A DNA stretch of 32,000 bases from Pseudomonas aeruginosa (GTDB lineage: Bacteria > Pseudomonadota > Gammaproteobacteria > Pseudomonadales > Pseudomonadaceae): assembly GCF_001457615.1 (NCBI RefSeq), contig NZ_LN831024.1:3180001-3212000 (forward strand), given 5' to 3'. Positions 1 to 9,753 of this stretch are shown in pieces (the first letter of the stretch is position 1; every line of letters begins with the position of its first letter). The notes under the pieces are model-generated. The model worked only from the letters and a program-made list of their open reading frames with translations, was not told where the DNA came from and made no database searches. The translations under genes were made by a program, and so were the position numbers.

Positions 1-842
1 GCGTGGATGTCCTCCTCGAAGCGCGCGCCGGCCGGCAGCGGGCCCGAGGCGCCGTCGACCCGCAACGACGAGGGATGCCATTCCGGCCAGAGTGCCGGGC
101 TGGCGGCGTAGGCGAGGGTCGCCTCGGGCCCGCGGGCGATCTCGATTCGGTGCTGCATGCGGGTCATGGCGCGCTCCTCGGCGGGTTCCGCTTCCCAGTG
201 GAGGGTGCCGTAGCACCAGTCCATCAACGGGAAGACCAGGTTGAAGTTGTGCGTCTGCATCAGCTCGCGACGGTGATGCAGTTCGTGCAGGCGGCGCATG
301 TGGCGGATCCACGGCAGACGGCTGAGCGGATGCTCCGGCGGCAGGTGTTCGCAGGCGTGGAAGATCTCGTAGCTGAGGTAGCCCAGCAGCAGGGTCGCGG
401 CGAACAGCGCGGCGAGGTTGTCGTTCAGCAGGCCGAGCAGGCTCCAGGCGAGCAGCGCGCCGAGGCTGAAGACCACCACCAGCCAGGCCGGGAACAGGAT
501 CACCCGCCAGTCGCGTGCCTGTTCGTAGCGCATCTGGCCGGCGACGAAGAAGCTGTGGTGGTCGCCGGTATGGCGCTTGTAGAACATCCGCCCCAGCGGG
601 TGCTTGTGGTGGCCGAGGGACTTGTGGATGCGGTACTCGCCCCAGTTGAAGAACACCAGCGCGGCCGGCACCGTCAGCCATTCCAGCAGGCTCGGCTGCT
701 CGAGCCGGGAGAGGAAGAAGACGATCCAGGCGCCGCCGTAGGCGAGGACGAAGCCGGCGTGCAGCCAGGGGTTGTAGCCGGGCCGGATGGCCGCGCGGTA
801 CTGCTGGCGAAAGGGTTGGGGATCGAAGGACATGGTCGGCAT
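1..842 (-). CDS. Fatty-acid hydroxylase/sterol-desaturase-superfamily membrane di-iron protein with a C-terminal SRPBCC/cyclase-like extension (partial; C-terminus off the left edge)
   Basis: Reverse-strand translation from ATG at 842 (alternative ATG 833) reads MPTMSFDPQPFRQQYRAAIRPGYNPW... with no stop before the window edge. It has three histidine boxes (HKSLGHHKH, HTGDHH, HELHH) and hydrophobic segments. The listed + ORF 3..953 is its antisense shadow. Confidence 0.75.
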   Translation of the reverse strand, partial: MPTMSFDPQPFRQQYRAAIRPGYNPWLHAGFVLAYGGAWIVFFLSRLEQPSLLEWLTVPAALVFFNWGEYRIHKSLGHHKHPLGRMFYKRHTGDHHSFFVAGQMRYEQARDWRVILFPAWLVVVFSLGALLAWSLLGLLNDNLAALFAATLLLGYLSYEIFHACEHLPPEHPLSRLPWIRHMRRLHELHHRRELMQTHNFNLVFPLMDWCYGTLHWEAEPAEERAMTRMQHRIEIARGPEATLAYAASPALWPEWHPSSLRVDGASGPLPAGARFEEDIH

Positions 843-930
843 CTCGCGTGTGATTGTTATTGGCTGGGCCGCGAACCGGGCCGATCCGCCGGGGCGGAAG
901 GGCTTGCATTCGAGTGTAGCGATGCCAGTC

Positions 931-949
931 TTATCAGGGTAATGGATAA
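931..949. promoter_or_regulatory. Candidate LysR-type operator (TTATC-N9-GATAA, containing the ATC-N9-GAT / T-N11-A core)
   Basis: Perfect 5-bp inverted repeat TTATCagggtaatgGATAA in an AT-rich patch between the divergent hydroxylase (ATG 842) and LysR (ATG 968) genes. Confidence 0.45.
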
Positions 950-967
950 ATAGAATGAGGATTATTC

Positions 968-1873
968 ATGAAGCTGAACTTGCAGCAGCTCGACCTCAAC
1001 CTGCTTCTGGTCTTCGATGCCCTGATGCGCGAACGCAACCTGTCGCGCGCGGCGATCCGCCTGCATCGCAGCCAGCCGGCGGTGAGCAACGCCCTCGCCC
1101 GCCTGCGCGAGCAGCTCGACCAGCCGCTGTTCCGGCGCACCGCCAAGGGCCTGGAACCCACCGCCGCCGCCCTCGCCCTGTACGTGCCGGTGCGCCAGGC
1201 CCTGCATCTGCTGCAGGCCGGCCTTGGCTCCCAGGAAACCTTCGATCCGCACACTGCGCGGACCTTTCGCCTGACGATGAACGACTATGCCCAGTTGCGC
1301 CTGCTGCCGGGCCTGGTGACCCGCCTGAAGACCCTGGCCCCGCGGGTGACGCTGGAGGTACGTCCCGACGAAGGCGCCTCGATCCCGGCGCAACTGGCCA
1401 GCGGCGAACTCGACCTGGCGATCGACTACCTGTACTTCGACGAGCCCGAGCTGGCCTACCGGCCGGTCGGCGAGGAACGCCTGGTGGTGATCGCCCGGCA
1501 GGGCCATCCGGCCTTCCGCGGCGGCCTCGACCGCGCGGCCTACGAGGCCGCGCAGCACGTCTCGATCCTGCCGCGGGTCGGGCGCGGCAGTCCGCTGGAG
1601 ATCGTCCTCGGCTCGGCCAGGGTACAGCGCCAGGTGCAATTGCTGGTGCCTCACTACCTGACCATCCCGGCCATCGTCGCCAGCACCGAGCTGCTCGGCA
1701 CCGTGCCGCGCCGCCTGGCCGAGCGTTTCGCCGGCAGCCATGGTCTGCAACTGGCGGACGTCCCCTTCGAGATGGCCCCGGTGCAGGTCAACCTGATCTG
1801 GCATCGCCAGCAGGAAGCGACGCCCGGCCTGCAATGGCTGCGCGAGCAGATCGTGCAGATCGAACAGGGCTGA
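968..1873 (+). CDS. LysR-family transcriptional regulator
   Basis: N-terminal wHTH MKLNLQQLDLNLLLVFDALMRERNLSRAAIRLHRSQPAVSNALARLREQL plus a LysR substrate-binding-type C-terminus. Divergent from the hydroxylase gene. Confidence 0.93.
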   Translation: MKLNLQQLDLNLLLVFDALMRERNLSRAAIRLHRSQPAVSNALARLREQLDQPLFRRTAKGLEPTAAALALYVPVRQALHLLQAGLGSQETFDPHTARTFRLTMNDYAQLRLLPGLVTRLKTLAPRVTLEVRPDEGASIPAQLASGELDLAIDYLYFDEPELAYRPVGEERLVVIARQGHPAFRGGLDRAAYEAAQHVSILPRVGRGSPLEIVLGSARVQRQVQLLVPHYLTIPAIVASTELLGTVPRRLAERFAGSHGLQLADVPFEMAPVQVNLIWHRQQEATPGLQWLREQIVQIEQG

Positions 1874-2020
1874 GTCGCAGGTTGCGCGCCAGGATCAGTC
1901 TTCCGTCACTTTCGATCATTGAGCGAGGCCTTTCCCGCGACCTATGGTGAGGCTGCGCCCCGCTGCCGGCCCCAGGCCGCCCCGGGGATACAGTCCAGCA
2001 CCCGCCAGAGGAGCCACCGT

Positions 2021-2449
2021 ATGACCAGCCTGCCGCTCGAAGCCAACGCCGCCGCCACCCTCGCCGAATGGCACGGGCTGATCGCCCGCCGCGACCTCTC
2101 CGGGTTGCCGCGCCTGCTGCACCCCGACGCCGTGTTCCGCTCGCCGATGGCGCACAAGCCGTATGCCGGCGCACCGGTGGTCTCGATGATCCTGAATACC
2201 GTGCTCACGGTCTTCGAGGATTTCGCCTATCACCGCCAGTTGGCCAGCGCCGACGGCCGCAGCGTGGTGCTGGAATTCAGCGCACGGGTCGGCGAACGCG
2301 AACTGAAAGGCATCGACATGATCCGCTTCGACGACGACGGCCGGATCGTCGACTTCGAAGTGATGGTCCGTCCCATGAGCGGCCTCCAGGCCCTCGGCGA
2401 GGAGATGGGCCGGCGCCTGGCCTCCTATCTGGCCGCGAGCAAGGCCTGA
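2021..2449 (+). CDS. SnoaL/NTF2-like small protein
   Basis: ATG at 2021 preceded by GAGGAG. 142 aa with the size and pattern (LHPDAVFRSP..., IDMIRFDDDGRIVDFEVMVRP) typical of the NTF2-like fold. The ORF-track TTG start at 1919 adds an Arg/Pro-rich leader and is unlikely. Confidence 0.7.
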   Translation: MTSLPLEANAAATLAEWHGLIARRDLSGLPRLLHPDAVFRSPMAHKPYAGAPVVSMILNTVLTVFEDFAYHRQLASADGRSVVLEFSARVGERELKGIDMIRFDDDGRIVDFEVMVRPMSGLQALGEEMGRRLASYLAASKA

Positions 2450-2465
2450 GGCGGAGGAACCTGCC

Positions 2466-3578
2466 ATGACCCGCATCACCGAAGTCGTGGTCGAGCGTCG
2501 CCAGCTCACCACCGCCGCCCTGCGTACGCGCAACCTGCCCGCCCCGGAGGCGCTGGCGGAAGGCCAGGCGCTGCTGGCGGTCGGCGAGTTCGCCCTGACC
2601 GCCAACAACGTCACCTATGCCGCCCTCGGCGATGCCCTGCGCTACTGGGAGTTCTTCCCGGCCGGCGAGGGGCTGGGCATCGTCCCGGTCTGGGGCTTCG
2701 CCGAGGTGCTTGCCTCGCGCTGCCCGGGGGTCGAACCGGGCGAGCGCTTCTATGGCTACTATCCGATGGCCAGCCACCTGCTGGTCGCGCCGGCGCAGGT
2801 CCGCGGCAGCGGCTTCGTCGACGCCAGCGAGCACCGCCGGAACCTCCCGTCGGTCTACAACCAGTACCTGCGCTGCAGCAGCGACCCGCTCTACCGGGCC
2901 TCCGACGAGGCCCTGCAGATGCTCCTGCGGCCGCTGTTCACCACCTCGTTCCTGCTCGACGACTTCCTCGCCGAGCATGCCTTCTTCGGCGCCACCGACC
3001 TGCTGCTGAGCAGTGCCTCGAGCAAGACCGCCATCGGCCTGGCCTTCCTCCTCCAGCGCAATCGTGCGCAACGCGGCCAGGACTACCGCATCGTCGGCCT
3101 GACCTCCGCGGGCAACCGCGCCTTCGTCGAAGGCCTGGGCTGCTATGACGAGGTCCTGGCCTACGACCGCCTGGACGCACTGGACGCCAGCGGAGACGCG
3201 TTGAGCGTGGATTTCGCCGGCAACGGCGCCCTGCTCGGCCAGTTGCACCAGCGCCTGGGCGACCGCCTGCGCTACAGTTGCCTGGTCGGCGCCGCCCACT
3301 GGGACCAGCGCGGCGGCCTGCCGAAGGCGCTGCCGGGTCCGACGCCGAAGCTGTTCTTCGCCCCGGCGCAGGCGGAAAAACGCCTCAAGGACTGGGGCGG
3401 CGCGGCGTTCCAGGCGCGCCTGGCGGAAGTCTGGGGCGAGTTCTCGGCCTTCGTCGGCGGCTGGATCCAGGTCCGCCGCGGTGTCGGCGGCAGCGAGGTG
3501 CTGGAGGTCTACCAGGACCTGCTGGCCGGGCGCTCGGCACCGCAACTGGGCTACATCCTTTCCCTCGACGGCGGCTGA
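2466..3578 (+). CDS. DUF2855-family protein (MDR/dehydrogenase-like, function unknown)
   Basis: GGAGGAA SD before the ATG. Matches my recollection of DUF2855 signatures (FALTANNVTYAALGDALRYWEFFP, PVWGFAEV, GERFYGYYPMASH, HRRNLPSVYNQY). Family assignment is from memory. Confidence 0.75.
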   Translation: MTRITEVVVERRQLTTAALRTRNLPAPEALAEGQALLAVGEFALTANNVTYAALGDALRYWEFFPAGEGLGIVPVWGFAEVLASRCPGVEPGERFYGYYPMASHLLVAPAQVRGSGFVDASEHRRNLPSVYNQYLRCSSDPLYRASDEALQMLLRPLFTTSFLLDDFLAEHAFFGATDLLLSSASSKTAIGLAFLLQRNRAQRGQDYRIVGLTSAGNRAFVEGLGCYDEVLAYDRLDALDASGDALSVDFAGNGALLGQLHQRLGDRLRYSCLVGAAHWDQRGGLPKALPGPTPKLFFAPAQAEKRLKDWGGAAFQARLAEVWGEFSAFVGGWIQVRRGVGGSEVLEVYQDLLAGRSAPQLGYILSLDGG

Positions 3579-3703
3579 GGCCGCCGTTCTATACTGCTGG
3601 ACGGAGGTGGCGAACCCGTCGCGAACGACGAAGCGGGTTCCACCCATGGCGTCGGCGGCGCCCTTGCGCCGTCGCTTCGCGGGGGGATGGAGAGATACCG
3701 TCC

Positions 3704-3946
3704 ATGAACCGAGCCAAGCTCTACCTCTGCTGCGTTGCACTACTGCTGGTGCCGGCCATCGCCGGTGCGGCGACTGCCGACTACGTCTACGGCATGCCGC
3801 TGGACGTGGCCAGGGTGCTGAGCGTCGACGAGGCGCCCAGCGATACCTGCCAGGTGGTGCGCGCCACCCTGGTGTACCTGGACTCCCACGGCGAGCGCCA
3901 GGTGTTGCACTACCTGAAGCAGGCGCGTGCGTGCAGCGACGAATGA
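3704..3946 (+). CDS. Small secreted DUF2790-like protein
   Basis: GGAGAGA SD. Signal peptide MNRAKLYLCCVALLLVPAIAGAA followed by a 57-aa mature domain (YVYGMPLDVARVLS...VYLDSHGERQVLHY). Confidence 0.7.
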   Translation: MNRAKLYLCCVALLLVPAIAGAATADYVYGMPLDVARVLSVDEAPSDTCQVVRATLVYLDSHGERQVLHYLKQARACSDE

Positions 3947-3988
3947 AACGACGGAGGAAAGGACGAACGGTCAGGGTTGTCGTTTCAT
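3943..3988. terminator. Possible bidirectional terminator hairpin between convergent genes
   Basis: 10-bp perfect arms ATGAAACGAC / GTCGTTTCAT, followed by a T-rich tract. The 26-nt loop makes it weak. Confidence 0.25.
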
Positions 3989-4112
3989 TTCACGAAATTT
4001 TCACCGCTGACATGGATACTGGAACCAGCTGAAGGACCAGCGCCCCATTGCATAGAGCCCACCATCGAGTGGGCTTTTTGCATTCCGGGCCGCGTATCGC
4101 CTGGCCTTGGGC

Positions 4113-5189
<1,077 letters not shown>

Positions 5190-5235
5190 GGCGTTTCCCC
5201 TGTGGGAGCGGATGATGCCCGCAGACTAATTCGCC

Positions 5236-5271
5236 ATTCAAGCGCAAGAACTCCGGTTCTTGCGCTTGAAT
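5236..5271. promoter_or_regulatory. Palindromic double Ada box in the ada / hypothetical-gene divergent promoter region
   Basis: Perfect 16-bp inverted repeat ATTCAAGCGCAAGAAC-tccg-GTTCTTGCGCTTGAAT. On the minus strand (towards ada) it reads AATTCAAGCGCAAGA, which fits AAT-N6-GCAA and nearly matches the E. coli ada-promoter Ada box as I recall it (AATTAAAGCGCAAGA). Confidence 0.6.
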
Positions 5272-5380
5272 TCGAGCAAGGCCATGTGCCCGGCTTCGGC
5301 AGGTGCGGAAGGCCGTCGGCTTGCCTACCCATCGCCAGGCGCCATAATGGCCCGCTCGAACCGGCGGAAGGATTGGGAAC

Positions 5381-6361
5381 ATGGCGTTCAAACGGATAGC
5401 ACTGGCCTACTGCGTGCAACTGGATCGGGTGATCTCCATCGCCAGCGCCAGCCGCGAATACTTCTCCCAGGCCGAGCCGCGCAAACGCTTCGATTTCCTC
5501 TGCTCCAGCGAAGGGTGCCGGGCACAGGGGATCAAGGTATCGGCGAGCAACTACGACAAGCTGCCGCAGGACACCCGCAAGGCCGCGCACTTCAGCAAGT
5601 TCCCGCACTCCACCCATCTGTCGGATTGCGAATGGTTCGTCGAGGAGGACGAGGACGCTCTGCGCCCGGGCGAGTCCGCCGAGGATGCCGGCCAGCGGCG
5701 CATCCGCGACAAGCTGGATGCCTACGTCGAGGAGTTCGACCCGGCCATTGCCGAGGAGGCCGCGCCGCCGCAAGCGGACCCGGACACCGAGGAACACCCG
5801 CCGGCCTCCGCCGCAGTGCGCACCGACGCTCCCGCCGCGCCTCGGCAGAGAACGCAACGGCCACGGCGCACCCGCGATTTCGAACTGCTCGTCGACACCT
5901 TCCGCCAGGCCCGCGCCGAGCTGCCGGCGGAAGAGTTCAAGCAACTGGACATCCGCATCAGCGGCCTCGGCCGGATACCGCTGCGCGCCTATTTCCAGCA
6001 CATCGGCTATGCCACCCCGGGCAGCGCCGGCAAGGTATTCTACGGCGGCGCCGACCTGGTCCGGCGCTACGGTGCGCCGAGCCGGCCGCAGGGCTTCCGC
6101 TTCAAGTTCCGCGACCGCATCGACGGCAAGCCGGTATTCCTCTACGTCGCTCCGGAAACCTTGCAGGGCTATCCGCATCGGCGCTACCTCGAAGACATCC
6201 TCGGTTGCGCCGAAACGGTGCGCTACTTCACCCTCTACGCCCTCGGGCGGCTCATCGAAGCGCCGAGCGGCAAGAGCTACAGCCTGGAGCCGGATGCCCT
6301 GCGCCACCTGGCGATCATCCCCGGTCCGGCGAAGGACGACGCCCCTCAGAGCTCGTCGTAG
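5381..6361 (+). CDS. Hypothetical protein: Cys/His-rich N-terminal region, acidic/Pro-rich linker, conserved-looking C-terminal domain
   Basis: GGAAGGA upstream of the ATG and GC3-rich codon usage consistent with genuine coding. I recognise no family. Confidence 0.7.
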
Positions 6362-7143
6362 AGTCGGTCGCTGACCAGCATGTGCCCCGGCGCGTGACTG
6401 ATGTACAGCTCCGGCTGAACCTCGGCGAGCACCGCCTGGGGCGTGACCCCGCAGGCCCAGAACAGCGGGATCTCGTCCGCCGCGAGGGGCACCGGGTCGC
6501 CGTAGTCGGGCCGCGCCAGGTCGCGGATGCCGATCAGCGCCGGATCGCCCAGGTGCAGCGGTGCGCCATGGGTCATAGGGAAGCGGCTGGTGACCTGGAT
6601 CGCCCGGATCGCCTCGGCGGCCTTCAACGGCCGCATCGATACCACCGTGGGCCCGGCCAGGCGACCGCTCGGCCGGGTAGCGATGGAGCTGCGGTACATC
6701 GCCACGTTGCGCCCCAGCTCGAGGTGGCGCAGGCCGATGCCGGCGTCGAGCAACGCCTGTTCGAAGGAGAACGAGCAGCCGATGGCGAAGGCGACGAAAT
6801 CCGCTTCCCAGAAGGTGCCGATGTCGCTCACCTCGACGGGCTCCTGACCGCGTCGATGCACCCTGTAGCGCGGCAGGTCGCTGCGCACGTCGATATCCGC
6901 GCCGAGCCTGGCGAAGTGCGGCGAGCCGGGTTCGCTGACGTCGAGCAGCGGGCAGGCCCGGGGGTTCAGGGCACAGAAGCGAAGGAACTCGTCGGCCCAG
7001 GATTTCTGCAGGATCACCAGGTTGGCCTGCAAGTGGCGCTGGCCGAGGCCGCTGGTATGGCCGGTGTAGTCGCCGCGGCGGATCAGTTGGCGCAGGACCG
7101 GCGGCGGCAGTTGCGCGAGTTCGTGGAAGGTCGGTTCGGGCAT
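6346..7143 (-). CDS. DUF1445/UPF0317 putative hydro-lyase (D-glutamate cyclase-like)
   Basis: [46 protein letters not shown]... is characteristic of UPF0317. I chose the internal ATG at 7143 rather than the ORF-track start at 7212. Confidence 0.85.
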
Positions 7144-7215
7144 GGCGGCTCCGTGCGCTGGCGGACGTCGTTGTTGGCAGGTTTGTAGAAGCGGACGGCG
7201 GTCAGCGTCCAACGA

Positions 7216-7245
7216 GATTTTTCCGCCGGGGGCGATCGGAAAATC
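7216..7245 (-). terminator. Possible terminator hairpin after the LysR gene
   Basis: GATTTTTCCG...CGGAAAATC imperfect inverted repeat (one bulged T) immediately downstream of the stop at 7250. Confidence 0.3.
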
Positions 7246-7249
7246 CGAA

Positions 7250-8203
7250 TCAGCGCGAACGCAGCCGCCCCACTCCTTTCTTCAGCGGCGCCAGGAGCAT
7301 GCACTCCGGGCCGACGTTGGCCGCGTAGTCGGCCAGCACCGCCTTGCTCAGCTCCACCACTTCGTCCACCAGTTCCAGGCCGGTGCCGCCGCGCCAGGAC
7401 ACCACCACCGGCAGGTTCGGCGGCGGCGGGCCGAGGCGCAGCAGGGTCAGTTCGCCGCGTTCCAGTTCCTGGCTGACCAGCGCCGGCGGCAAGGCGCCGA
7501 CGCCGAAGCCGTCGCGCAGCAGGCGGGTCATCGCCGCCACCGAGTTCACGCAGTTCAGGCGCGGCGCCGCGACGCCGTTGGCGTGCAGCAGGCCGAGCAC
7601 GTCCTGGTGCGGCCGCGAGTGCTTGGAGAAGGTCACCACCCGCTCCCGCGCCAGGTCCGCCAGCGAGGCGTAGTCGCGGTGGTAGATCGAGCCGGTGGAA
7701 ACGATCCAGCGCAGCGGATAGCTGCCCAGTTCGAGGTTCAGCACCGACTCGTGGCGCAGCGAGTCGGTCTGGAAGATCAGGTCCAGGTAGCCCTTCTGCA
7801 ACTGCTCGGAGAGGTTGCGCGCGGTGTCCGCCATCAGCTCGATCTCCACCGCCGGGAAGGTTTCCGTGACCCTGGCCACCAACGGGCTCAGCCAGGTGTG
7901 GATGACCGTGTCCATGGCGCCGATACGAATCCGTCCCTGGGTGCTGGCGCCGGTGTCGAGCGACTGCTTCAGCGCGTGCATGGTGTCCATCATCCGCTCG
8001 GCGTAGGCCAGTACCTTGTCGCCTTCCGGGGTCAGGGTCACGCCGCGCGAGTCGCGGACGAACAGTTTCACGCCGAGTTCGTCCTCCAGCACGGCGATCC
8101 GGCTGGAAATGGAAGCCTGGGTACTGAACAGCTTCTCCGCGGTGAGGCGGAAGCTCTTCAGGCGCGCGACCCAGACGAAGGTCTCGAGGAATTTCAGGTT
8201 CAT
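7250..8203 (-). CDS. LysR-family transcriptional regulator (likely regulator of the adjacent pyroglutamate locus)
   Basis: [61 protein letters not shown]. Start taken at ATG 8203. Divergent from the MFS-porin-pxp genes. Confidence 0.9.
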
Positions 8204-8445
8204 GTGGCGGGTACCGACGGGCAAGGGACACAAGGTGGCGGGAGCGAGCAGCTTCCATGCCAGCGCCCACCTTCCGGCGGCACATGATCGACGCATGACG
8301 GCCTGCTCCGCCATCGAAATTTCTTATCCCCGGCGGCCGCATAAATTAGTTGGACGCTCGCTGGCCAGCCTCGAAGAATGCGACCACCGGGTGCGACGGC
8401 GCCCACCGAATCTTCATAACACCAATAACGACGATCGGTGCCCCC

Positions 8446-9729
8446 ATGGAAAAACACATGACCCTCGACGCCGGCCCGGACGCTTCCCGGGACGGTCATT
8501 TCGGCTGGTATCGCGCCCTCGACAAGCAGGAACGCCGGGCCTTCTGGAGCTGCAAGATCGGCTACGGCCTGGACGGCATGGACACCCAGATGCTCAGCTT
8601 CGTGATCCCTACCCTGATCGCCCTGTGGGGGATCGGCACCGGCGAAGCCGGCTTCATCCACACCATGACCCTGCTCGCCTCCGCCGCCGGCGGCTGGATC
8701 GCCGGGATCCTCTCCGACCGCATCGGCCGGGTGCTGACCCTGCAACTGACGGTGCTCTGGTTCGCCTTCTTCACCTTCCTCTGCGGCCTCGCGCAGAACT
8801 ACGAGCAGCTGCTGGTCGCACGGACCCTGATGGGCTTCGGCTTCGGTGGCGAATGGACCGCCGGCGCGGTACTCATCGGCGAAGTGATCAAGGCCCGCGA
8901 CCGCGGCAAGGCGGTCGGCCTGGTGCAGTCCGGCTGGGCCATCGGCTGGGGCCTCACCGCCATCCTCTACTCGCTGATGTTCAGCCTGCTGCCGCCGGAA
9001 GAGGCCTGGCGCGCGCTGTTCATGCTCGGCCTGTTGCCGGCGCTGTTCGTCCTGGTGGTACGCCGGCTGGTCAAGGAACCGGCGATCTACCGCGAGGCCA
9101 GGCAACGCAACCAGGGCGCCGACAAGGTCAGCTTCTACGAGATCTTCGCCCCCGGGATGCTCAGCATCACCCTGCGCGCCTCGCTGCTGACCACCGGCGC
9201 GCTCGGCGGCTACTACGCCATCACCGCCTGGCTGCCGACCTTCCTCAAGACCGAACGCGGGCTGACCGTGCTCGGCACCAGCGGCTACCTGGCGATGGTG
9301 ATCCTCGGCTCCTACGTCGGCTACGTGGTCAGTGCCTTCCTCACCGACCTGATCGGGCGCAAGAAGAACTTTGTCCTGTTCGCCGTCGGCTCCTTCACCG
9401 TGGTCCTGCTCTACACCCAGTTGCCGGTGAGCAACGGCGCCATGCTCTGGCTCGGTTTCCCGCTCGGCTTCTTCGCCTCGGGCATCTTCAGCGGCATGGG
9501 CTCGTTCCTCACCGAACTGTTCCCAACCCGCATCCGCGGCTCCGGCCAGGGCTTCTGCTACAACGCCGGGCGCGCCATCGCCGCGCTGTTCCCGATGCTG
9601 ATCGGCATGCTCGGCCAGAAGCTCTCGCTGGGCCTGGGGATCGGCGCCTTCGCCGCGGTCTCCTACGGCGTGGTGATCCTCGCCGCCCTCAGCCTGCCGG
9701 AAACCCGCGGCAAGCAACTGGAACTCTGA
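8446..9729 (+). CDS. MFS transporter (anion/organic-acid symporter type)
   Basis: About 12 predicted hydrophobic helices and MFS motifs (GWIAGILSDRIGRVLTL, LARTLMGFGFGGEW). Start is ATG 8446 or ATG 8458. Confidence 0.88.
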   Translation: MEKHMTLDAGPDASRDGHFGWYRALDKQERRAFWSCKIGYGLDGMDTQMLSFVIPTLIALWGIGTGEAGFIHTMTLLASAAGGWIAGILSDRIGRVLTLQLTVLWFAFFTFLCGLAQNYEQLLVARTLMGFGFGGEWTAGAVLIGEVIKARDRGKAVGLVQSGWAIGWGLTAILYSLMFSLLPPEEAWRALFMLGLLPALFVLVVRRLVKEPAIYREARQRNQGADKVSFYEIFAPGMLSITLRASLLTTGALGGYYAITAWLPTFLKTERGLTVLGTSGYLAMVILGSYVGYVVSAFLTDLIGRKKNFVLFAVGSFTVVLLYTQLPVSNGAMLWLGFPLGFFASGIFSGMGSFLTELFPTRIRGSGQGFCYNAGRAIAALFPMLIGMLGQKLSLGLGIGAFAAVSYGVVILAALSLPETRGKQLEL

Positions 9730-9753
9730 GCCGTCGACCGAGGAAATCCCAGC

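Noticed and set aside
3-953. 316-aa + strand ORF at the left edge
   Set aside because: Arg/Gly/Ala/Glu-rich with no recognisable family. It is the antisense shadow of a minus-strand His-box hydroxylase gene, which has clear motifs and a sensible start at 842.
1919-2020. TTG-initiated N-terminal extension of the SnoaL-like gene
   Set aside because: The extension is Arg/Pro/Gln-rich. ATG 2021 has a GAGGAG Shine-Dalgarno sequence and gives a protein of typical NTF2-like size.
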